DNA of 64,000 nt from Somniosus microcephalus (Eukaryota). The stretch's first letter is position 1; each line of letters begins with the position of its first letter. Positions 33,030 to 45,590 of the stretch are shown here, piece after piece. The notes under the pieces were generated by a model, which saw only the letters and a program-made list of their open reading frames with translations, did not search any database and was not told where the DNA came from. The stretch spans positions 33,790,001-33,854,000 of the forward strand of contig CM126209.1 of assembly GCA_052327205.1 (NCBI GenBank). Direction: 5' to 3'. A program made the position numbers and the translations under genes.

Positions 33030-34748
33030 GGGCTGGATTTTGCCGGCGCTGAGGTCGGATTTGGAGACAGGTCCACTGTCAAAATAGCAAAGATTGACAG
33101 CGGATAGGAAACACACACTCAACTTGCCTCCAAGCGAGTCTCCCAGGTGTTGGGTCTATCTGCAGAAAACTGACCCGACACCAAGCGACGGGAGAGATAA
33201 CAGATAATTAAATGGCTTGTTAACAGCCACTTTAATGCTATTTTGAGGCTACCTTCCAATTTTACGTGCTCCCTATGGGTTACCCGCTGCAGAGGGAACA
33301 CGCCAGCTCACCCTGGCATGAGTTGAGTCTGCTCTGATGTATCTGATAAGCTGCAGAAGCGGTGTAAAGGATGCCATGTTGCAGATGGTCAGTTTCAGAG
33401 CTCAGAAACTGTTGGTTACTGCATTTGTAAGACATAGAGATTTCTTTAGCTTGCAAGTGCTTAGAGCCAACTGTATGTCCAGTGCCACCTCATTGAACAA
33501 CCTCTCTCACCAATGATAATCGCTTGTCATCTCACCTGCAGCTGCCATCTATTACAACTATCTCACCTTGCTCCTCTGATTCCTTCCATGCTCAGCCCCA
33601 ACACCAACATCATCAGGCACACCAGCAGCACCAACCTTCTCCGCCATCACCTGATGCTGCACAAGACACAGGGCATCAGCCCCTGACAACATTGCTGCCC
33701 GGGAGGCCAGCGGTGGCATCACCATGGCCAGATTTTCTTCACTTGACGCTGTAAACCCTGGCTGCCACATGATGCACCAGGTTGATACCATCCCGCACCA
33801 GCACCGTAAAGCATCCCTTTAATGTCCAAGCCATTCCATGCTCACTCATCACTATAGCGGGGGAGGGGGGTTGTCACAACATTTACTGGAACTCAGTAAG
33901 ACACTTCAAGGTACACACAGATCTGTCCAATAAGGGGCAGTGTTGAAAATATAGATTTCACTGTATGACAACACATTACCAGAAACTTCACATGAACATT
34001 GGCTAAACCTCTCAAGTGCCTACCTTCGTGTGTTGTTATTTGGTATGCTTGCAGTAGGATGAGGGTGAGTGCGAGGGGTGGCTAGTGAGATGGGGAAGTG
34101 ATAATGTAGATAGAGAGGGTTGGGTGGAGGTGCAAGGTAAGTTGGTGTAAGGATGTGCAGGAGAAGGATATGCAAGGTAGAGCATTGGGGATGTGTTGAG
34201 TGGCACAGCAGGGTGAGTTTGAGTGTGGATTTGCAGTAACATTTTGTGATCCACTGAGATCATTGAAAGGTTGGCACCACTGCAGCCAGAGACCCGACGA
34301 CATTCCTGCTTTTGCCCTCCCGTGCAATGTACAACCAGGCTGCGTTGGTGTCCTGGGGAGGTCTCTTCCGTCCTTGGAAGGGAAGAGAACCTCCCTGCGT
34401 GCTGTGACTCCCTCCATAAGCATATGGGGGGGAGTCATGGGAGAGCCTGGTGCAACTGTCCACCTTTGTGCCGTGCTTATCATTGTTTGCTGCACCTCAG
34501 TGCTGTCAAACACTGACAGAACAACTGTCAAACTCAATGTGGTCGTGGTCCCTTTAAGGAAACCGGCTGATGACACGTCATCAAATGACTTCATCAGACC
34601 CGCTTCCTGTTAATTGGCCGGGAAGCCTGCGGGGTGGGCTTAACAAGGGAAAATCCCTTTGACAGAGCGGCTGCAGCCGGGAGCAGGACCGGAACACGGC
34701 AACCAGCTCTCCCGCCACCATCCTGACACCGCTGAGAAAATCCAGCCC
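33030..34748. mobile_element. Internally deleted Harbinger/PIF transposon
   Basis: 12-bp TIRs GGGCTGGATTTT and AAAATCCAGCCC with ACA/ATA flanks. Frameshifted Myb/SANT-like ORF on minus at about 34255-34460 (EGVTARREVLFP..GRKRPPQDTNAAW..IA...FNDL). Confidence 0.82.
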
Positions 34749-35850
34749 ATAGGTTCTACCAGCATCGTTGAAGCCTGGGAAACCAGATTTGTGACCTTAG
34801 TTTTATGGCTTGCAGCTAATATTGCCAACATCCAAATTGACCGATGGTACATGGAGTCTGCACTAGGAACTCAGATCTAAGAATAAGGGGCAATATAGTT
34901 TGGTCCCACAGCGTATTAACTTGGGAACCAATTTAGGAGTGATTATAAATCATTTTTGGAATAGGCAAGAAAAACTCCTTTTGGCACCTTTAAGGTTGCT
35001 TAAGTACCTTAAAGTTCTTACTGTAATGGACATCAAAACTCAAACTTCATGCTCCAAATACAAGCACAACTTGAGCTGAAATTACACAGGCTATTTATAG
35101 GCATATACAATTTGAGATGGCAATCCTGGGGTGCATTTACACTGCAGGGTTTCCACTTCACACGAACCATAAACCTGTGTACTGTAAATCGAAGGCCTAA
35201 CCTGACTCCAAAAAGAAATAGAATGTCACTTCTTCCAAGTCTTATTCCTCTTCACTCAGGTCAGGCATATATTCCAAATTTAGCCTGCACTTACACCACA
35301 ACCATACAATTGGTGTGAAGCATAACCCATTCTTTGCGGACACTACAATTGTAAAGTAAATGCACCCTTAAATACATCATCCAGGGGATTGATGCTGTAG
35401 GATTAACAGATGGTCCTTGAGCCCTGGATTTAAATCCAATCAGAATGAAAGGATAGCGATCTGTCTGCTGACTGTAAAGGTCCTTTGTGAAATGAACTTG
35501 GCTGCTCTCAATCCAGTTCCTCGTAGGCATAGGCCACAGTACAGATCTATTCACAATTCTTCAAAACTTGGCAAATTTCATTCAATGATCACAGGATGGC
35601 TGCTGTGAACAAGAAAAATTCTCATAGGTGCAGTAGGGAGTGATTTTGGAGGCAGGTATTAAGATGCGCGTTTAAGAATAACTTTGTTCTCCATCTGATC
35701 CAAACCATAGTTATTCCTGTAGCGCTTGAGGCTAACATTGCATGCCCAAAGTGAAATATCCACCACTGCCATCTCTCACTTTGATGAGTTCAAATATATT
35801 TATTATTCTGCAAATCTGTGGGAGCACAAATGCGAAAAAGATGACGCAGA

Positions 35851-36140
35851 TAAGAATTCGGAGCAGGAGTAGGCCATTCGGCCCTTCGAGCCTGCTCCGC
35901 CATTCAATAAGATCATGGCTGATCTTCGACCTCAACTCCACTTTCCCGCCCGATCCCCATATCCCTTGATTCCCCAAGCGTCCAAAAATCTATCTATCTC
36001 AGCCTTGAATATACTCAACGACTCAGTATCCACAGCCCTTTGGGGCAGAGAATTCCAAAGATTCACAACCCTCTGAGTAAAGAAATTCCTCCTCATCTCA
36101 GTCTTAAATGGCCTACCCCTTATCCTGAGACTATGCCCCC
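35851..36140 (-). mobile_element. CR1 3' end
   Basis: GGAGCAGGAGTAGGCCATTCGGCCCTTCGAGCCTGCTCCGCCATTC... is the reverse complement of the 32010 type. Confidence 0.88.
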
Positions 36141-36977
36141 AAACTATGCACCTATGCCACTAAGGTTTTACTACATCAATGGTTCTCTCATGTCCATCCA
36201 GGATACGCTGCACAGGTGTTAATACAATGGGCAACCCTGTAACATTAAATGCAGGACCATCCAAGGGTGAAACATTTTTTGGGGTCAGGTTACCAGGGTT
36301 CTCTCTATCATTATAAAAGCTCCTATGACACCAGGATTTTAACCTTACAAGGCTCTGTAAATATCTACTGAACCCGAGTCAAACTCATTAGTCTGTAAGT
36401 TTTGGTATCACAGAATATAAATTTTGAAGACATGAAAAATTCTAGAATCCTCACCCTAATAATGCTACTTTGGATACTCTCAAGAGTTGAATCTTGCAAT
36501 GAACAGTTCCAGAGAATACAAGAACCCTTTGATTCAATTCAAAATCCTTGAGGAAAATCTGCTTAGGGAAATATTTGCTAGGACCTCCCTAAGTTATTAG
36601 TGGTAGGAATTGAAAGAGAAGCTTGGATTTCTGGTGTTTGGTGCTTCGTGATCCCCTTATGGCAAAGTTTGAGTGGAGACATAGTAATTCTTTTAATCTA
36701 TGTGCTTTCATTCTATATAATCATATATAATTCTTTACACTTATTCCATGTGTTTTGTAATCTTCAATTAAAATACTAATGATGAAAAGTGGTGCTTGCA
36801 CAGTGAGACATGTAATATAGTAGCTGATATAATTCAATTGTGAGTTTACTATTAGAGTGGCAAACCCAGTATGTCACATATCTATTAAACACAACAAAAG
36901 CACCTTCTAATCCTACTGGTTCTCTTATTCTTACTATTTAGAATGCTTCATTTTATCAGACCTTTCTTTTTACTATC

Positions 36978-37368
36978 CAGGACTTGAACACAATGTAGGT
37001 CTAGTGCAGTACTGAAAGAAGTATTGCATTCAGAGATGCCATTTGTCAGAAAAACCAATAAATCAAAGCCCATCTGCCTGCTCTGGTGGTTCAAGTAGAC
37101 GTTAAAGGCCCCATAGTACTATATGAACAAGAATGAAGAATTCATCTGATGCCCTGGGGCAACATTCCTCTTTAAACCACCACCACCACTAAAAACAGAT
37201 TACCTGGACATTCATTTCATTGCTGTTTGTAATCTCTTACTGTACACATGACTGCTATGTTTGCCTACAAAACAGTGACTGTATTTCAAAGTAGTTTGTT
37301 GCATGTGAAGTGTTTTGAGATATTTGGGAGATGTGAAAAGGCACTATATAAATACAAGTCTTTCTTTA
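36978..37368 (+). mobile_element. Degraded SacSINE1-type SINE
   Basis: Collinear similarity to 20700-21100. An inverted tail fragment follows at about 37408-37515. Confidence 0.7.
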
Positions 37369-40310
37369 GTTTATTGAGCATTCATACAGTAACAAACAAG
37401 GAAAAGAAAGGACTTGCATTCATATAGTGCCTTTCATGTACTCAGGATGTCCCAACAATGCCATACAGCTAATGACGTACTCTTGGACGTGCAGTCACTG
37501 TTGCAATGTAAGCAACCCTCCTTAGCAGTAGTTCAAATGCAAAATCTTGATGGATGTTCTCAAATAAAAGTCCAACATTTTGGTGACACCCTCATCAGGA
37601 CAGGATGAAGAACGTAATGCAAAATTACAAACTGCAAAAGGAAAAGGATTGGCCACAGCAGGGATTCAAACAAAATGTTTACATTGGTCTTCCAATCATT
37701 CCTTAACTTTGTAAAAGTAGTCCCACATGGGTCTGGAGGGCCACTTATTTGAATCCCTGCTGTGGCATTAGGTTGACAAGGCTGCAATAAGCACCAGCAG
37801 GAATTACATCCACATTAACATTTACAAATTTACAATTGATGTCAACCAGATAGGAACTTCTACTCATCAACCAGCCAGGAGCCAGTTATCCAGATCAGTC
37901 AAGCCTCCAACCAAAGCAATTCAGCAGCTTGTAAGTAATGTCAACGGATTTATTTTCCTATCTCTGATGCTTCATTGTTTCTTTCTAAAATCAGACTTTA
38001 GTGGCCCCTCGCAGGTCGCTCCTACCACACTGACTAGCTCCTTGTCTGAGCCAAGAGACACATTTTATAGGATTCCTGAAAACATACGGTTAAAAACTGT
38101 TACTTGAGAAGTTAATTTTAAGATTAGGACCTTTCAAAACCACTCACCATGCGTAAGCAACTTTTAAAATTTATCGACATCACCAATTTCTCAGCTGCGA
38201 TTTGAAAGTATGCCAAGTCTCAAGAACAAGAATATACACGCATTCCATCAAACAGAGAACTACAAGCAGAACTGGAAAATGATGAGCTCCAGCATACAAT
38301 ATTGACCAAAACTTGTAATGCCAATGACTAAAGATGTCAGTGTCTTGTAAACAAATACCAACAATCCAGTGAGTCTTTTGCATAGCTTTAAATAGATCAC
38401 AAAGTGCCAGTGCCCTATACAGTTCTATGCAAGGCCTGCAATTTCTAAAGATAAATTGCATCCTGATGGTCTCATTTTGTATTCACAACCACCAAATGTA
38501 TTTTTGCAAAAATATATTGCAATAAACTAAAGCATATTCGTCATTTGAATTGGGGCCAGATGTTAAATCAGTTAAGATGCTACGTCTATCCAGTCATAAT
38601 CTTTTTTGCGTGGTTCTTATATTTGGACATTGAACTGTGCAGCAAATTGAGCATTTTACTAGGGGTGGAGCTATGCCAAATTTAATAAGATGCAAGCTTT
38701 TAAAAGAGCTTTAATTAGGATTAGACTCGAGCTCTTGGATTGTAAAATACAAACAGATCACAGAACAGTTTTACAAGAAACTACTCAGAATAATGGCCGT
38801 TTTGTTTGTTACTTGGAAACTTGTCTACTTTCGAGTCAGATGTTCCCTGCAAGAAAAAAAGAGTAGTCAGTGGAGAAACATTGCAAAGTTACAATCTGAA
38901 GTTCCTGACAAAACAGACAAGTGGAGAAAACAGGAAGGCAGAGTAACACAGCAAGCAACCTACAATAAATTACTCGTTACAATAGGAGTGTTTTTAGAAT
39001 AAAATTTCCCTCCTATCTACAAGCTAATGATTCATGCTGGAGTAATATTTCACAGATGCTCCCTTCCCCCACGATATTTAACCCAAGAGTCCATTCTCCA
39101 TGAGTGAGCCTCATCAGAGTATTGATAAGACTATGAAACCGCAGAGGGTGGCACAGCCTGATCCCGTCCTTGCCCAATGATTACATATGCACTTTCCTGG
39201 GTAGCAGCCAGGAGCGGGAACCCTGGCTAATTTTTCTCTTCCTTAGCCCAAGGTGTCAAAGCTAACTGTTCTTCAGTAAAGATACTACTTTCAGCCAGAG
39301 GAAGATTGCTCATGTTAAGCTCAGCTTTGTAAACAGCAAAAGAATTTCTTGGTCACGTAGTGCATTGGTCACCCCCAATTATCGTATCTCCCAAATATTG
39401 CACTTACAATCCCGCAGTGCAAATTGTTCATTTTGACCATGCCATCTGGCAGAGCTACCAAACTGGAGTTAAGCAGTTCACCACAGGGTACCAAAAGACA
39501 GGCTCACAATAGGTTTAACCTTTCCATACCTAGCTTTAGACTACACTTTGGGAACCTGAAAAGCTCCAAAATCCTGTCCCTAACCTATTTCTAATTGGAT
39601 CAAGGTGCTGAAAAACATCTAGTTTGTCCAGTGTGAGACTGAAATTTAGGTCCCGTTTAGATTGAATGCTTCAGAATACATCACACTGTGAAACTGTGAA
39701 TGCATTTATCAATGCATGGCATTAGTGATCACACATGTACTGTAAAATTTTCACAGGATACAGCTGGCCTGACTTTTCAAAATCTGCTTTTGTGGATTCA
39801 GAACCATTAACAGAAATATGTTCGGGGCCTGGAATTCAAATCTGGGCCTCAGTATATCCGCAGCATAAGGAATTATCCACAGAATACTACATCCCTCTAT
39901 TTGTAATGGGGTGCCACCAACTTTGAAGCAATCTAGTTTTTGAGTGGGCTGTAAATTTTCTTAAATGTAAAGTCCATTTTCACAACTTTGGATTTGGGTT
40001 TTTTGATGCTGTTACTGCATTAATGGGAGCATGGTTATCACTCACTAGCAGCAAGGCAAATATTACAACTCAAGCCAATCTCTGCTATCCTTTACCTTAC
40101 CTTCCATGTGGTTTTTGCACTGGGGAAAAAAAGGTGTCAAAAGGTAGCAATTCTCAAATTTGCTGGCAAAATTGTGTAAGCACTGTAGACAAGCACTTAA
40201 GTGTGTGGCTGTACTAAATCAAATGCATATGGAAATCTGCTGCTTTTATATGTTTACAAGACTAAGACTGTTTCTAACTGCTTGAAGAGGTTAATTGTAA
40301 GACCTTGGTC

Positions 40311-41220
40311 ATAGAATCAGGAGAATTGTACAGCAAGGAGGCCATTCGGCCCATCACCTGTACCAGCTCTCTAAGAGTTAATTTAGTCTCCTTTCCATTC
40401 CCTATAGCCTTCTAAATTCATCTTCCTCAAAATATTTATCCACTTCCCATGCAATGAGTATTATGGATTCTGCTTCCAACAGTGTGTTTGGTCGGGCACT
40501 CAATGGCCTCAAAAATCTGCATTAAATAAAAAAATTCTCCTAACCTTTTCCTTTGGCGACAATCTTACTTTTATGCCCTCTAGTTACAGATGGACAGACC
40601 CGTGTAGTATTTCCATTTACTTTATCAAAACCCTCATAATTAACAGCACCGCTGTCTGATCTGTTATTAACTTTTTTTGTTTTAATGAATTGCATGCCCC
40701 TGCCCCCCTCCCCATCGTATGGGAGCCCATACAAACCTCCCGCCATAGGGGACAAACCATCTGATCGCCTGGTATGATGATGGTTACGACCATGGAAGGA
40801 GCGTTCAGGTCGCAGCCTGCCAGACTGTTAATCAGCCTCAGAATCCTTCCACTACCTCACACTGTTCTCCGAGGGAAGTTACGAAACAACTAAAGCCTCT
40901 CATCCCAGATATCACCTTACTGAATCTCTTCTATGCTCGTTCCATAGCATTAACATCCTTCCTGAAGTAGGGCACACAAAACCAGACAATATTCTAATTG
41001 AGATTAGCCAATGGTTTGTATAGAATTAGCATTGCCTCTTTGCCTTTGTACTCATTTCCCTATTTATAAAGCCTAGGATCCCATATGCTTCTATTTAATC
41101 TAAAAAAAAAATCTTCTTAATCAACTTCTAAAAATTTATCGGAAGCCCGATATGTCTCTCCGCTCCTGTGCTCCTTTTAAAAGTTTTACAATTTAGTGTA
41201 TACTTCCTCCCAAAACATAC
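40311..41220 (-). mobile_element. Degraded CR1 with an internal insertion (about 40690-40900)
   Basis: ATAGAATC...GGCCATTCGGCCC tail and ACATCCTTCCTGAAGTAGGGC...CAATATTC. Confidence 0.7.
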
Positions 41221-43099
41221 CACTCAGTTAGAGTTTTGCAACAGAAAAATATTGTAGACTACAGAACTGCGCATTTAGCAGATGGTCATAAAAATGACTG
41301 GAGATTGCTGACTGAAGGCAGCATCAGTGACCTGCCAACAGCGTCAAGGCTTAGACATGAATAATGAATATTTGGGTGAGTTACTGTGGGGTGCCTGCGC
41401 ATATGGTGAACTATAACCCAGTGATGGCCAACAGTTATGGAGAAGAGGGGTAAAATGACTGGGGGGGGGGGGGGGGGGGGGGGTGGAAACTTACCGACTT
41501 TTGAAAAATGGGGAAAAAATGTTAACAAGCATACAATAATTAGATCGGACCTCAGCATTGGATCTTCAACCATTGCTGTAATACAGTTCAAAAGCTTCAG
41601 CCAAATACCACTGGTTTATACTGCTGCACCCAATAGGCAATGAGCATTTTTTTTCTTATAAAGGCCATAATAGCTCAGCAGCATACAGTGCTGCTCCTGA
41701 ACAGTTCAGTACTTCCACAAAACTGCTCAAGTTATAAATCAAACACATTTTCTCTAAATTGAAGACAGATTTATGAAATCCTAGAAAGTAACACTCCCAC
41801 ATGTTTTTTTTGTTGGCATCAATCTATTTAAAATGCATTTACGCCCCCAGTCCCTCCCTTTGCAGCAGTCATTTTCAACAGGAATTCAGAATCCGATGAG
41901 AATAATTCACCCATCATACTTAGTTCAAAACTGCCAAAGTGTTTTTCACATTCTGAGACGAGAGTATTTACTAACCTATCGATGTTCTGAACATACTCAT
42001 TTTCAAAAGCGATCTGGATTCTTGAAGCAAGCAGGTCACAAATGGAAGTTTGGCAAAATCTGATCAAACATTTTTGAGGTGACAATTCAGTGTTGGAAGA
42101 ATTCACAAGTTTTAGCACATCTTTTTCTCGACAGGCAACTAGAGCCTGCTGACAAGAAGTCACTCGTCAAGTTTACTAAAAATCCAATCAGGCAGGTTTT
42201 TTTTTGGTAAGTTAGTGTTTACAAAAGTACAACTAGAAACAGATAGTTTCTCCAGAGTGTAATGATCAATGTACTTATTTTGAATTACCAAGGAAATCAC
42301 TGTTTGCAGGTGGGCAGATATAAGCAACAAACTATTAATGCTCCAGGAAATAGGGATGGCAGTATAATGTTAAGCAACTGCAAGTATTTAACACCGATAA
42401 GCAGTTAAGCTAATTAAATTGCTTTAGAATATCATTAACAAATAAAAAGTACTCCTTTTCAGTTGAAAATATACCATCAGTGTAATTATCAGAATAAAGT
42501 CATGGGCCAAAAGGAATACCGACACCTCTATAACTTCCTTCTGGCTTCAACACACTGCTCTACAAAGCTCATTCAAAACTGTAGCTGATGAATAGAAGGG
42601 GGGGGGGGTTACAAAACTGCAGAGGAGACAGATTCAGCAAATGCAAATGGCATTTCCACAAGCAGAGCAGGCATTTCCCAATATTTACCTGGTAACTTAA
42701 TAAAAAGTTCATCTGTGATATGCAAATGAAATGATTAATTTTATCCGTTTATTTCTGAGTCTAGCAAGAAATGAGACATGGTACCCCATTTAGTATGCTG
42801 TTAATGTAATATTTCTGTTGAGTCTTTTATTTAAAATAAAAGTAATTTATAATTTTGATGTATCATTTATTATGGTAATGAACTGGCGCAATCACCAGTT
42901 GAGAAATAGGACTTCTAATTTCATGCCTCTGAAACTACAGAAGCATTGGATTTGAATCTGTTCAACACAGATGTATAGAAAGCTTTCTTTTCTCTTTCGA
43001 GTCCGTATAATAAAATCTAAACTTGGGTATATTTGTGATTCCCTCTTTTTTTTTTTAAAAAAGTCCCAAACTTAATAAAAAATGTTCTGCACAAAGAAC

Positions 43100-45151
43100 A
43101 GCAGTTACACACAGTATTATCCCCAGGGAATTCAGCATTGAGAATTCTTTGACAATCATGTAATACTGCCCATTAAACATGTCTTTTACAGTGTCACACT
43201 ATAGTGAAATACTGCTTTTCAAGGGGCACTCATACCTGAACTCTGAAGAAAAGCAATAGCTACAGAGCAGTAATAGGTACAATATACACACACATAGTGA
43301 GTAAACTGTTAAAAGCAAAGTCAATTTAGATAATTTTAAATGAATTAAGTGCAGCCCAACAAATGACTCAATATGTATATCTGAAGAGGTCAACTCATTT
43401 TGTCCATCAGGAACATGTTCTCTGCAATAACTCCGTATCTACAACACTTCAATGCCAACATCTGGGAGTGCATTGTGCCACATATTATCTGAACTTGGCA
43501 GAGGCAAAAATTTTGACTTTTATTTAAAAAGTTGGTACGGTTCAGGTCACAAGTTGATGATCCACTTTCTTCACGCAGCTGCGACGGAGAGCATACGAAC
43601 ACCACAAGAATTCTCTGCACATACTAAGTTGCTTTTATTAATCCAGAACTGCATGCTACAGATACTGTACAGCATGAACATTGATTCATTACAAAAATGG
43701 TTTCAGAACAATAAAAATGAAAAGAAAATAAAAGGAGCAAAAAACAGAACAGGAACATCACAGCTGTTAGGAAACATTGAGAGTATTCACAAAAGGTCAT
43801 CAGCTTCTTAGTAAAATGGAAAAAAAGACAGCTATACAACTGCTTTATTTCTACTACAATGGCACCAAATGAATGAACTTTTTCATCAGTTGTATACAGC
43901 CTTTGCAACATCAACATGCCTATTTTAAAATTTACTAAATACCTACTGATAGTAGTGTACATAAAAAGTGGCAGTTTCAGTTTTGAGTAATTTCCCCAAC
44001 GTACAGAAAATTTGGCCCTTATGGGTTTTATTAATTCTCACCCTTCAATGCTTTGCTTTATAAGATTTTTTGGATGATTTGCCAATAGCTACCAAACACA
44101 TTGCGTTATAGCTTAAACTAGTCAGCAACATTAAAACTACATACATACCTATGTTACCTCACAGCTAAAAAGGACCAAAATACAGCAAAAATGGGGGAGG
44201 GAAGATGTATCAACCTTTAAAAGTTTGGCACAGAATACATACATAGGATATAGGTTAAGCAATTCCAGGGTTGAGGCTACAGTCCACTATAGGGCTTTAG
44301 ATGGGTGATCAGGTGGTTTTTTTTGTGCTATTCCAAAAAACATTTCCCCCCTCCCCCAATTGCTTTCAAGTTTTCTTTTGTACAATGGCTTTTTTTTCAG
44401 CAATTTTGTGCACTTTTGTTCTTTACAACGCCACAACATTATCCATTTGGTGACAGTCATGTATCACAACAGAGGAAAAAAAAAGTTAAATCCTTGGTAA
44501 CAAATGAATCTTTTCATATATAAGATGCTTACACTAAGCAAAAAAAAACTTTATACATTGTTTGAAGAAATGAAAAATATTTAAAAGAGACAACATACAT
44601 GATACAACAAGCATCTCTAAAGCAATAAATACTACTGGTCCTATAGCGTTGTAATTCTTTTCTTGCACCCCCCCAAAAAACAACGCCATGGAACAATGCA
44701 TATTAACACAGTTTTCCCCATTATTTCTGTACATTTAAACAATAACACGCAACATCACAAAAGTTGTTCCACACAATTAACAGGTGGCACTGCATTCATT
44801 GTGCCCTTAAGGATAAAATGGACGTAAAATGATTGGTTCGCAAGCTCTTATTTAATACAAATAATACAGCGTAGCCAACTCCTTCCACAAGGGCTTCTTT
44901 GAATTTGATATCAGTCTCTTACTAGTAAAGAATCCACCCAGTAAGAACCACATAACAGTGATGAACACTACAAAGTTTTGCAATGGTTGACAAGAGGTTG
45001 GCAGGATCTCTCAAGGCTTATCCTACATATTCAAAGAGGACCTTGAAATAACAATGGGTCAAATATTGACCAATGCACTCCATAACATCTACTAACATGT
45101 AGCCATATGGCACAAATGAAATAAAAAGAACACCAGCGACTATGCTAAAAG
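43100..45151 (-). other. TCF7L2: Probable TCF7L2 3' UTR (distal end uncertain)
   Basis: Repeat-free AU-rich sequence after the stop. Minus-strand AATAAA at 43844-43849, 43634-43639 and 43519-43524. Confidence 0.65.
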
Positions 45152-45590
45152 CTATTCTAAAGACTTGGTTACAAGTGAAAGTGGCTGGGACTGTGTCTCT
45201 TGCAAAGCACCGTGGGAATGGACAATTGACATGGATGAAGTCGAAGGTCGAGTCTGCGATGAAGACGAGGATGTGGACTGGTGTAAGGTGATGGATCGGT
45301 GCTCTAACGCCCCGTTCTGGCAACTAACAGCTGAAACTGTGCTGGACTTGAGTGCTGAGTTTGTCGACAAGGCTGAGGAAGAAGATGGTGAGGAAAGATG
45401 GGCCAAAGGATCAGGTTTCATTGTGAGTGACAGAGGTTGCATTTGTTCAGTCTGTGGATCAGAGTCTGCTGTAGAAGGGCTTAACATGGAAGGAGAAGGG
45501 GGAGGAGAATCTAATATGCTTCCATCTGAAGAGGGTGGGCTGGCGCAGCTGCCTTCACCTTGTATGTAGCGAATGCACTTTTTTTTTCTC
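45152..45590 (-). CDS. TCF7L2: TCF7L2 last exon, E-tail frame. The M frame stops at 45511-45513.
   Basis: AG acceptor, then RRKKKCIRYIQGEGSC...QPLSLTMKP...QPLSLVTKSLE* with two CtBP motifs. Alternate frame GEKKSAFATYKVKAAAPAHPLQMEAY*. Confidence 0.97.

Noticed and set aside
41461-41483. Poly-G run (also about 2596-2626 and 59782-59795)
   Set aside because: Simple homopolymers of unreliable length with no further structure.
41828-42163. 111-aa minus-strand ORF downstream of TCF7L2
   Set aside because: Non-ATG start, no recognisable homology and no clear splice signals.
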